Positions 28,901 to 39,724 of a stretch of DNA of 64,000 bases are shown here, piece by piece. Origin of the DNA: Auanema rhodensis (lineage: Eukaryota > Animalia > Nematoda). The stretch lies in NCBI GenBank assembly GCA_964057225.1, contig OZ059898.1:6014001-6078000 (forward strand), in the 5' to 3' direction. The position numbers and the translations under genes were made by a program. Positions within the stretch are counted from its first letter, which is position 1. Each line of letters begins with the position of its first letter. The notes below the pieces were generated by a model, which saw only the letters and a list, made by a program, of their open reading frames with translations, made no database searches and was not told the origin of the DNA.

Positions 28901-31900
28901 TCGTTGACCAGATAAGCCGCTTTCATATTCAGATAAATCTTTCAGTAACGTAGTTACAAAATCCAATAAAGCAGGAATATTAACTGCTGTTCGATGACTT
29001 TCAAAGAAATCACTGAATATAATAAATTTTAATTTTATAATTTCCATATATTTATAACTTGACTATTTCAAAATAATTCAAAGTACTTTCCAATAACTTT
29101 TCCATCACCAGCATGTTTTCATAAGATTGCCGATGTCTTGGCAAATCAGTCAACACAATTTTGACCACCTACAAATAATTGAAAATTTAATTTTAAGACG
29201 ATGAAAACCTTTTCGAAACGATTCAATTCTTCTAGATCTGCAAGTAAATTTTGAACACTTGGCTTTAACTCTGCTAAATCTTCAAGATATGTTTGAGAAT
29301 CCTGTGGTATTGCCATAGTCTGCAAGACTTTCAGACGTTCATTTAGTTTCTGAGCAGAAACTTGTATGGCTTTTTGTTTTTTCTGAAATAATATTTTTCA
29401 TTAAATTTTGTAACTAAATTTAGTTAACAAACATTTACAAATAACTGAAATGTTCCTAATCGTCGATTAAAGAAGTGTTGATGATGTTCAATCAACTTTG
29501 GTAATGAACGACAAACTGTAGCTAAGCGGATCAGAGCTGATTCTTGTAAAGAGTCTAACTTTACATGCTGAAATAATAAATTTCAACAAAACAATTATTT
29601 AGATTAAACCTGAGTAAAGATTAATAAACGTTCATAAATATCTGATAAGCTTTTCCCATGAGATGGCATATCGGTTTCCAACATTTCATCTACTGTTGCC
29701 TGTGATAATTTTTTAAATTAAAATAAAATAAAACAAAAAAACTTTATTCGCTAACATTTGGGCTGGATTTATGGAACGAAAAGACAGTACTTTAACATCT
29801 TTTCGAAAATCAGATTGTAAAGCATCGATCTGTCTAAATGATTTAATTTTATTAATTCTTCTTTGTTGAAACTAAATATACTTAAAGATTTTTTTTATAA
29901 ATAAATTAATAAATTTATAAGTTTTACTTTATTTTGATTAACAGACACAAACCTGAAAGGTTATGTGCAAACTAATGTGATATACACAACAATTATTTCA
30001 GTCATACCGTTCTAGTCATTCAGCTGGAATGGTTGCTTCAACAACAAAAGCAATGAATCATTTTCTTCTTTTGTTTTTAAAATTTTTTTTTTATTTTTTA
30101 TTTAATTTGATATATATTTGGTTATTTAAATCAGGTAGGGTATATCTATTATCACATCAGTTTTCATTTCTTTTTGTTTTTATTTTATTTTCTTACTCTG
30201 CTAAGTTAATTCGTAATTTGTCTGTCAGAAGATTATATGTAATAAGAAGTCGTTGTTCTATGGCTTGCCATACTTTTCGTAGCTTAATAGTGAAAAGATG
30301 ATGCAAAATTGTCTAAATAAGGTTTTTTTATATTTTTTGATATGATGTGAATGCTCTAGACTTCGGGAGCTCTTGTTAATCGTAGTTTGAGCACTTCAAA
30401 GTTTCTGATAAGGGATAAGAGCTCGTCAGGAGATGAACTATCAGGAATCTAAGCAATTAATAAGAACGATATAGAATATAATAACATTATTTTAACCTTT
30501 TGATCTTGAATAAAAAACTGAAACTGATAGAGAATAGGTATACTTAAGATTTTTTCCTGATTTAGCTGATCCATAATAATTTGACTGACCCTGAAGTATA
30601 GATGTCATAGTAAACTACTAATTGAATATTTTCTTACAAAGTAGTCCAATAATCTACATCAGTTGTTGAAAAACGAACCCATTCGATAGCAGATATTAGA
30701 AGAATTGGTTCCTAAAGATTGTTAGAAAGGTTGCAATTTCTAACTATAGACAACCTTGAAATATTCTTTCAATTGTTCGATTGGAAAGAACAAACGTTTT
30801 CCAACTAAATTACTATCAATTTGTATGATACTATGCTGTAATCATTGTTTTATTATTATAAATTTATATAAATATTAAACCTCTTTTTGTAGAAATCGAA
30901 TATAATTTCTTATTGTATGAAAAGCTAGCTTTGTTGTTTCTTGAATTAATGTAATATCAAACATCTTTTTTCTAGTTTCTTTTTTAGGTAAATCTTGCAA
31001 GAATCTAAAACATATTCTTAACTGATTATCAATCTTTGCTAAATTCTCACTTTTTTTGCAGCTTAGTTTCGAACTCTAAAATTTTAGCTTGAAATACCTT
31101 AGGAACATCTCTGGCTGTTTTTTCTTTCAAATTAATTATATCATTTGGATCAAATAACAAGGACTCTCTAAAGCGTATTGTGTTTTGGTTTTTTTTTCTA
31201 AAATTTGAAAACTTTTGCTCAAAAAATAGTCGTAGTTGCGAGCATTTGAAACTATTACTTTTAGCTATCCTTGTTGTCAATAACTCAGCATTCACTATTC
31301 GCTTTTTGCATTTCGCGAGAATATCTAAAGTATTCAAATAAATGACAAGAAAGTTCATATGAAAAACCGCTTGTCTTCTTTGTTCGTCTTAGCTCTTGTA
31401 TATTATACTGATCGTTCGCAAGATGTATGTATGCTAGACGCTCCGTACAATAAATCCATTCAAGAACTTCTAGTATTACCGATCGCTCTTTTTCAAATAA
31501 TCTATAACTTGTAACCATAAGTGAAAACGATTGAGCTCAATTCATTTCACCTCATTTCTTCGATTCGTTTATTAGCTTGTCGAAAATCTAAGGGAAATTT
31601 AGTCATTATTGCCAGCCATTGTTTCTGAGAGGAAATGTGAAGATATTTTATAAAAACCTGTAATAAATTACCGCTTCGCCAATATCTTTACATTTGACGC
31701 CTTGTTTAAGTGCTTGAATTGATTTCCTCTCATTCCACATATTTATATGATACGTTATGAACGATTTCCTAATTGATAAAGTTGTAAGTTTACAGAAGGC
31801 CTTGAAAAATTTACCTGTACAGGGGTAATCTTTGTCGTTTTCTGTCCTCCTCTTGTTTTTTCCATTCTTCTACCACAGTTTCGATATCCTGTTCTGGTAG

Positions 31901-31954
31901 TGGGTGATAAGCAAGAACTCTACTATATCTTTCTACTGTAACTTGGCATGCCAT
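19972..31954 (-). CDS. dhc-3: Divergent axonemal-type (inner-arm-like) dynein heavy chain, dhc-3-like; many small exons; degenerate AAA sites; ends in the AAA5 buttress region
   Basis: Linker motif IDAFKKNFAVMEIMCCPRLLDNHWKKMSE (28.7-28.85 kb); AAA3-lid RLWVHECLRV (23.9 kb); AAA4 GEHLCLSGQPGQGRSQMVTLAA (23.35 kb); stalk/MTBD NWVQMQKML...KFDVDSL...DFRPVKM...ELSIWINAL (21.4-21.65 kb); last exon EKVLDILEQKTASEILESEEI...FP* with stop at 19972-19974. The start (MACQVTVER, 6 nt after acceptor ttcttttag) is less certain, and the dhc-3 symbol is inferred. Confidence 0.85.
24099..24186. repeat. Two-copy 44-bp tandem repeat with internal palindrome TTACTGTA-ACTTA-TACAGTAA, inside a dynein intron
   Basis: Units start at 24099 and 24143, and each carries the 8-9 bp inverted repeat. 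Confidence 0.85.
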
Positions 31955-32354
31955 TAATATCTAAAAGAATTATCAACTTACGTTTGATGTATTTAGGCTT
32001 TAGATAAAAATCTTCATGATATAAGTCTCTATTAGCCATAATTCGCTTTGGTTTGAATAGATTGCTGATCAATGTACCTCTCATGTATGGTATGCTTCAT
32101 TTCATTTGGCGAAAGACCGGAAGCGTTCACCACGAGAAATGCGTTAAACCTTCAAAATAAAAGAGCTCATATTAGGCTGCCATGCTAGATTAAGCTTTAC
32201 AATATTAAGATTTGAGCACATCGATTCTTAGTCATTCGTTAGAGGAGAAACATTAATAAAGACGAGAAATATGTAAAAGTTTAATCAGATGAAAATTCAA
32301 TAAATAAAACCAGAAAATACACGTGAATTGAAAAAAATGAGGTTCATCGCTTGC

Positions 32355-33409
32355 TTAATGTTCCATCTGAGAAAATCTCTCGGCGGCGTTCTTAAGTTTA
32401 GTTCTCAAAGATGAAGTTTTTACCACGTCTAGAGGGCATTTCTCATCCTTAAAACATCTATTTCAAAAAATATTATATTAACTGAAACAAACCTTATTTT
32501 TAGCTTCAATGTCTGCACCTTTAAAAGCTAACGCCAAAGCAGAATCTTCGCGGTCTTCCTCACATGCCATAAATCTGGAATATAATCAAAAACTTGAATT
32601 AATGCACACTTGAACCAACAAAGGAGTATTTCCTTCGCCATTGTGTGCGTCTATGTTAATATCTCTTTGGGCAATTAGCAGATGAACTATCTAAAGATTT
32701 AAAATGATGTGTCAATTTTTCAATGAATCATACTTGATCATGGCCTTGACTAGCTGCTCTATGAAGAGGTGTATCTCCATACTTGTCAGCGGGATTTACA
32801 TATGCGCCCGAATTAATCAGCAAATAAGCCAACTAAAAATATGAGATTGAGGAAACAAACAGTTTATAGTGAGAACTTCTTTCAAATTCTTACTGCAGGC
32901 ATAATGAAGAGAAGACTGTCCGTTGTTGTTTTTAGTATTCACATCGACCTGAACAATCAGTTCACATAAAATCAATTAACTATTGGAATTAATTACTTCT
33001 GGCAAAGTCAGAAGATACTTCACAAGTTCAGTACGCCCAGCAGAAGTAGCAATCATTAAAGGAGTCCAACCCAACTAGGAAAAAATGATAACAATCCTAA
33101 ATATTAATGTTCTTACTTCATCTTTCAAATTGGCGAAGTCTTGATCAGTACCAATACAGTATCGCAAAATGCTCAGGCATCCCCCAACAGAAGCAAAATG
33201 CACGGTACAGCGTCCAGTCTCGTCTGTAGACTCTAAGAGTTTCGGTATTTTTTGAAGCAATCTTTTTCCATCCTTAAAATATCATGAACATTCCTTTTTT
33301 TCTTTTTATTTATTCTAACATCCTCTTTCCCTTCTCTAAGCAAATTCGAGAGATTTCTAACATGGTCAATCATTTTGAGCTCAGGTTCAGCTTCAGGCTT
33401 GTCCGTCAT
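32355..33409 (-). CDS. PSMD10: Gankyrin / 26S proteasome assembly chaperone PSMD10-like ankyrin-repeat protein
   Basis: Spliced translation with ankyrin repeats GRCTVHFASVGG, LGWTPLMIATSAGRTELVKYLL, NGQSSLHYACSKN, KYGDTPLHRAASQG, GEGNTPL..ACEEDR, which is the characteristic gankyrin series. Confidence 0.88.
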
Positions 33410-33587
33410 TTTCTAAATAAATATAAAAATGTTCTTCACATTTTGGAAAAATATAACTGTAGAAAGAACGTGTATACTAGTCAATAAAATATACAGAAAA
33501 ACGTTTAAAATTTATACAAATCTTCAGAATAACATATCTTCCCATATATATATAAATTAAAAGCCCATAAAACATTGCTTCCTATTT

Positions 33588-34526
33588 TTAAAAAATAGAA
33601 AATTTAGACAGAACCCGCTTTTGAAGTATATAATATACAACAAGAGCATAAAAAATACAAGCTATGGTGACTAGGATCTTATCTGTTAGTTCTCTCCGCT
33701 CATATTTTGATAATAATTTATTAGATGTCTGAAAAAAATCGAGAAATCAACTAATATTATAGCATATTTACCTGTATATGAGTGGCTTGACTCTCGAATT
33801 CAGTTTGAGTCTCTGCAAGAATTGCACTGGAATGTACTAAACTATCCATAGTCTGTTCACTATGAGTGACTCTTTCATTTACTTTGGCAACAAGATCCGT
33901 TAATCTATCAGTAGTCTAAAAAAATAATTGTAATTACTGGTAGCAACTAATTTTCTCACCTTGGTCGCATTTTGCTTCAAGGTATTGTGATCAACCAAAC
34001 GTTTTCTTATCTCAACACTCTGAGCACCCCCCGAGAGTAACATCGAACGGGTTTTCTCAACTGAATTTTTTGGGTAAAATATATTACAATATGACTATAA
34101 ACCTATATTTTTCTTCACTATAATTAAAGAATTTGTTAATCCAACTGTATTTTCTTCAAGTTCTTTTTTATGTTTTTCAAGTTGAGCTTGCATCTCCTTT
34201 TGTTCATTTGCCAAAGGGACCTTAATGCATTGTGTATAGACAAAAAGCCCCTATCAAATAAGTTTACCTGATTGACAACATTCTGCAAACTTTCTACTTT
34301 CTTTCTCAATTGACTGATGAGGTCTTTAAGCTGTTTATTTTCCTCAAACAGAGATTTTTCATCAGAAAATGAACTGCAATGCAATAGCATTTGTTATTCT
34401 ACTTATGAAAACTTTGATTTACCTTAAGTTTAGAATTCTTTTTTTCAACTCAGAATCTAAACGTACAATATCGCGATTTAAAACTATAGCTTCTACAGAG
34501 TTGGGGTCATTGTTTTTAGTAATCAT
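33588..34526 (-). CDS. sec-20: Sec20/BNIP1 ER Qb-SNARE
   Basis: C-terminus SNKLLSKYERRELTDKILVTIACIFYALVVYYILQKR matches the BNIP1 KYxRRELTDK plus TM signature, with a SNARE-like coil before it. An alternative start at the ATG at 34578 (micro-exon) is possible. Confidence 0.9.
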
Positions 34527-34743
34527 TCGCTATAAATTATTATTAAAAACTGTGCTATAATTCTGAACGCGGTACCATTTCGGTTAAAACCATCAAAAAG
34601 AAAAGGCTTCTCAGCATTTTTAATGCTTCATTTGAAAAGTAATAACAACAACAACTAAATATCAAACAATTAAAGAAATATGATGTCCTAACAATGACTA
34701 AAACTATTATTTAAAGCGTGCAAACTAAATTAAACTAAACAGC

Positions 34744-34981
34744 TTAGACGTTGAATCCAGCTTCTCTCATGCATTGTTTGTGGGCTTCAATAAGTTTTCC
34801 GCAATTTTCTTCCCCATTTTCAATTATACAAGCATCCCGAATCTATCAATAAAAAGTTTAAACAGTAAGACTACATATAATATACTTGTTTTGTTTCAGG
34901 GCAAGCACAACAGGGCCTCAGCTTCTTGGTAGAATCAGCAGAGTTATTGCTACTATTAGCGTTACCTTTTTCTTCAGGCAT
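34744..34981 (-). CDS. cox-17: Cytochrome c oxidase copper chaperone COX17 (2 exons, 64 aa)
   Basis: [46 protein letters not shown]: CC copper site and twin CX9C motifs. Confidence 0.97.
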
Positions 34982-35027
34982 TTCTGAAACATTTTTTAAT
35001 TCCAAAAAGGTTCAGAATTTAAAAATC

Positions 35028-35050
35028 AAAGTAAAGAACTGTTTTAACAG
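35028..35050 (-). promoter_or_regulatory. Candidate Ur element (short stem-loop plus UAYYUU) upstream of the cox-17 trans-splice acceptor
   Basis: Minus strand reads CTGTTAAAACAG (self-complementary), then TTCTT, then TACTTT about 45 nt upstream of gtttcag|aaATG. Confidence 0.4.
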
Positions 35051-35474
35051 AATGTACACAATTTTGAATCTGGAAAAAACGCTTTATATCTTTTCTAAAA
35101 ACTACAACAGCGGACTGTGAACGTTGAGTTATCATGTTATATATTCAAAATATTTAAGACAGAATATAATATTGTAAAAACACAGTGAAAGGGTTAGGGG
35201 AGTGGAATTTATATAAAATAGTTATGATGACTATCTAATCAAAATGAGCAACACAGCAAGCGTTTACGGTTAATGGAATAACTCTGATTGGAGATAAGCT
35301 TAGAGAAAAAGTCAAGCGATAAAAATAACTTTGACAAAGCAAACCATTTAGAGAAAATCAGGAAAATCATATTATCATAGACCATCATCATCATCATTAT
35401 CATATACCGGCAATAAATATATTCAGCACCTGAAGTCATTATTTGAATTAGTAAAGTACTTCAAAATAGGCGTT

Positions 35475-35478
<4 letters not shown>

Positions 35479-35508
<30 letters not shown>
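35479..35508. repeat. (TA)n microsatellite in the ubc-20 3' region
   Basis: Direct reading. Confidence 0.85.
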
Positions 35509-35511
<3 letters not shown>

Positions 35512-35526
35512 ATATATATCGCTTAA

Positions 35527-36361
35527 TCACGAAAAGATATAATCGGTGGCTTTCGAGAGATCCCAGTTACTACAGCTCAAAACCGAAATGGCTTCATCCT
35601 GAAAGTTAAAGTTGAAAGTACAAGCTGTTTTTGAATGTTCTACTAACCTCTGCAACACCCATGTCCATTAGTCTAGTAATTTTTTGTTTAAATTCAGGAC
35701 TATCGGGTACAGTTCCTTTAGCAAAACGTGATGTCCAAAAAATAGCAGTTTCCTAAAAAAACCATATTAAGTGGAACGCTTCTCAAAGATCAAACCTTAA
35801 ACAATTGTGGGTTATCCATATATTGCCGAGCAACAACAGCATCTTGTGGATCTTTCGGTTCTGGAGTACACATTAAAGATTGAATAGAAAGTAAGACTGT
35901 TCTTAAAGTCAATGATGCAGCCCTGAATAAGAAATACACTATGAGTAAACTATTGATTAGTTATTGATAACCATTGGTCCTTCAAAATATCTAGGCAAAT
36001 TATCCCTGTTTGGGAGCTAATGTTTGGATGCCAGATCTTGGTGATAAATTTGGCCTTAAATACGAATATATCGATAATAGCCTCAAATAGAACTAAAATA
36101 CCTTTGGTGGAATAAATGGATATTGCTCGGGAATTACAATAGAAATATCAAAAGTACCACCCTCATACGGCGAATCAGGAGGACCTTTAATTGTTCCCTG
36201 CAAAAAAAAACAAATGTTAAAGAAGGATAATTAATTCAAACTTTTATATCAGTTAAAGTATCGTTTAAAATTTCAATCATGATTCCAGTATCCTGGATTT
36301 CTTTGTTTGTTACAACTTCTTTGCATTCCCTTTGAATTCGAACAAAAGCAATATTAGACAT
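35527..36361 (-). CDS. ubc-20: Ubiquitin-conjugating enzyme E2 K (UBE2K/E2-25K) with C-terminal UBA
   Basis: [22 protein letters not shown]...[10 protein letters not shown]...[37 protein letters not shown]...[11 protein letters not shown]...LVDMGV...ATDYIFS*; near-identical to remembered C. elegans UBC-20. Confidence 0.97.
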
Positions 36362-36651
36362 TTCCTGAAGTGATTTGATTAATAATTTAAAAAAAAAAGT
36401 AAAAAAGAGTAAAACGTGTTACTTAAAACTTTATTCACGCGGTGAAAAACAATAAACCTATATAAAAGTCATAGAAAATATAAAAGGAGGATGCGCGTTT
36501 GTATTAGAACGCGTCGTGAGGTAAAAAATATATATAAATATGAACCACGACCAACGCCGAAGTGCACTGAGAAAAAATGAACTTTGACCTTGTATGATTT
36601 ACTATTACTTGTGTATTATGTTATATCTTTTATCATTTTGTTTTTTTTTAG
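36362..36651. promoter_or_regulatory. ~290-bp bidirectional promoter between ubc-20 (-) and mxl-2 (+)
   Basis: Head-to-head starts, each with a splice acceptor next to the ATG; three CGCG cores (tcacgcgg, atgcgcgt, aacgcgtc) stand out in an AT-rich background. Confidence 0.6.
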
Positions 36652-37374
36652 ATGAACAGAAGACGTTTAACCATTGAAGAAACTAACACAATGAGCCCAT
36701 CAGAATCTGATTCATTTGTTGATAAAAAAAAAGAAACGCATTTACGATGTGAACGTCAGCGTCGAGAAGCAATAAATGTAAGTCTATAACACTAGTTTCT
36801 CGATAAGTTGTTTAAATTAGAATGGATATAATGATTTGAAAGATTTAATACCACAAACTCCTTCGGCTATGGGCTGCAAAATAACAAATGCAGCTATATT
36901 ATTCAGGTGTTTTTGTATGGAAAGACAAGGGTTTATCTCATTTTTAGAGCATGTGAGCATATGACACAATTAAATAATGAAGTTGAGAGTGGAAATAAAG
37001 AAATTCAACAGCTAACTACTCAAGTATCGGCTCTTGAAATGATCGCTGCTCAATACGAAACTATGACTGCCGAATCGACGACAGGAGGATCTGTATCTAT
37101 CCAAGCAAAAATGGTAAAATCGTTATTTGTTCCAACAACAATTTTTTTTTAAAGATACAAGCCCTTCTTGATGAATGTTTTTCAACTTTCTCGGAACAAG
37201 TAGATTTCACAAGTTATGCAACAATCACAAGAACCTTATTGACTTGGGTGGAATCATTGGCAGGGGATAATGAGCAATTCAAGGTAAAGACTTTCATATT
37301 TATACATTAAGGTTTTTTTTTAGAAAACAGCGAGTAGATTATTGACAATAGCTTTAAGTCAGACATCTAGTTAG
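36652..37374 (+). CDS. mxl-2: Max-like bHLH-ZIP transcription factor (MLX orthologue), 5 exons
   Basis: KKKETHLRCERQRREAINNGYNDLKDLIP...KITNAAILFRACEHM...LTTQVSALEMIAAQYE...LLDECFSTF...TLLTWVE: bHLH, zipper and MLX-type C-terminal domain. Confidence 0.93.
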
Positions 37375-37931
37375 TTTTTTTCTTAATCTAATTTTCGGGT
37401 TCCCGCAATATGTTTTCTCAAATTTTTGTTACTTGTGGATTGTTATATATTTGATCCAAGTTGTTTAACTCAGATAAAAAGCCTTTTTTGTTAGCTTGAA
37501 TAATAGGATTATATTCTTTTGTACAAAGAAAACTAGAATTTTTATTTAGAAAGTATTGAATCAATAGCTCAATAATTATAAAAAACATATCGTTTAGTGG
37601 GGATTTTTTAGCAATAACCTATTCTCATAGAAGAAGTTAACCCCAGCATTAGATTTTATATTTCTGCTTATACCAAGTTTATCCCATTTAATTTTATACT
37701 CGGAACGATTTTCTATTCCAAAACTGAACGACGCCAAATTTCTCTTGCTCAATATACTAAATGTGATTATAACCCAAATATGTGTAATGTTAATATATTT
37801 ATTCCAAAGGTTATGATATTTTATGTAATAATAATATTCTTGCCACTATATATGTTACTGTTTCAAATGTTCTATCATTTTATTGAAAAACATAATAAAT
37901 ATTTATTTTTTTTATTTTTTCCTTTCTTAAC

Positions 37932-39135
37932 TTATTTTCTTCTTTTGATTTCTTGATTAATTTTTCTCTGTAAAGCGTATTCTACATTCTTCAATTGTTC
38001 TATCCCTGGTATCCAGTGTAATGCATTCCAATATTGCTCCCAAATATCTTCAGTATCCCATCGCTGAACTAATCCTCCAACATGAATAATAATGGGGACC
38101 TATGCTTCAAAAGTAAGTTTGAGATATAAGCATTAGACGTACATATTTAGGAATTGGGTGAGCATCAACATCTATCTCTATATTGTAACTGACGATTAAT
38201 GGACGAGATAATACTTCTCTTATCGACTTTGCAGTCTTTAATTCATCTTCGTATACTATTGGAACTTGTCTAAATTCATAAAACTAAGTATTAATATTGT
38301 TCAAATATGTTTTTACCTTATATAATCTAAAACATTCTTTTCCTCTTCATTATCGAGAAGCTTATATGGTCCTTTCAGACAAATTTTATTTTGACGTTTT
38401 TCGTTCATCTAAATTTTCATTAATCGTTAAAGTTATTTGATCAGGCAAAATAAATAAATTTTAATACCAAAGGATCAATTTTTGTGTTAGTATTTCCAAG
38501 CTTACAATATGTTGACCATAAAGTCGTTTCCCAGACACATGTATCACCACTCAAGGCGCTTCCAATAGTAATAGGACATAAGGTAGCTGAAGCAATGCTT
38601 GAGAAAAGGTTTTTATGTAGAACCAACTTAAGTTTTCTTTGTATTTTTCTAATTCCTTAACCATTTTGGGACTAGACACAGAAACAACATATCGGGGTCC
38701 CCAATAAAACGAAGAAAGAGGTCCATAGCATAAACTACAATATTCTAGAAACTGGCGAAAATTTGGATATCTAAATTTGATATTTATATATACATATAGA
38801 TGACGTTCCCAATTATATGTCTAACCGTGCTATTTCCTCTAGATGTCCTTTTATGTCAGCGATATTGTTCAAAGACTGGCCTGGCTCAATGGTTAATGGA
38901 GGCAGATTTTCAGCTTCCATATCCAGCTTCATTCCAGGAATAGTTGTGTAATCATAAGGACGAGGCTACAAGTTGAAATGATTCATTCATCTCAATAAAC
39001 TTCGAGCATGCAACTACTTACAAATAGCCGCTTCCATATATAATCTGGACGAACCTTTGGAAATTTATTGTATAAATATAGAAAAAAAAGAAATCCTAAT
39101 CCATTTAGAAAGAAGTAAAGTAAAACATCATACAT
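37932..39135 (-). CDS. Membrane-anchored, internally deleted cytochrome P450 (CYP20-like) remnant of ~300 aa, without a heme-Cys motif
   Basis: Seven exons splice in frame: MYDVLLYFFLNGLGFLFFLYLY (signal anchor)...TTIPG...GHLEEIARYPNFRQFLEYCSLCYGPLSSFYWGPRYVVSVSS...IREVLSR...NIEIDVDAHPIPKYVPIIIHVG...IKRRK*. It resembles the remembered CYP20A1 N-terminus and beta1/beta2 strands. Confidence 0.7.
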
Positions 39136-39724
39136 ATTGTTGAAATTCAAAACCACAAAGCTAAAACTGCTATGATAAGGTGACCTTTCAATTCATTGAT
39201 AAGAATATACATAGATTATGATTTCATAATTCTATTTGGAAACATCTTACTACAATATCATACTATTTCTTTATAAATTAAAATAAACTAAAAACTATAA
39301 TAAAGTCGACATGGTGAAAAATTCGATGAAATTTTGTTTGCTCTTCGAATACCGGATTCTGAAATTTCACTGGCCTATACTGGTCGCGAACCGACGGTCT
39401 TCTATACTACAGAACGAGAACTAATGCCAACCAATACTTTATCAAAATTCAAAAGGATCGAGATAATTTTAAAATTGTTACCTCTTGGGAAATATATTTT
39501 AAAGAATTAATAACATATATGTATTTTAGATTACACGTTTACTTCAATATCTTCAAAAAATAAACATGAACTTAAAAACATAATAAACTTATATAATATT
39601 TGAAGAAAAAACATAATATAATGAAATTAAAAATATAATAAGAATGAACTGATTAAAGTATTCATGCTGGATAAAGAGATCAAATGTTGTTGGCTTTTAT
39701 TCAACACAAAGCTTCGAATCAGAA

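Noticed and set aside
31980-32150. Upstream ATGs (MRGTLISN.../MANRDLY...) as dynein first exon
   Set aside because: Joining would need a 21-nt intron, and read-through hits a stop; the ATG at 31954 behind a good acceptor is preferred.
31960-32350. X-box (RFX/DAF-19) upstream of the dynein
   Set aside because: No convincing GTTNCCATGGNAAC-type match was found by eye.
34060-34140. Apparent frameshift in sec-20
   Set aside because: Careful re-reading gives ...SLIIVKKNI|VEKTR in frame across a normal phase-1 intron.
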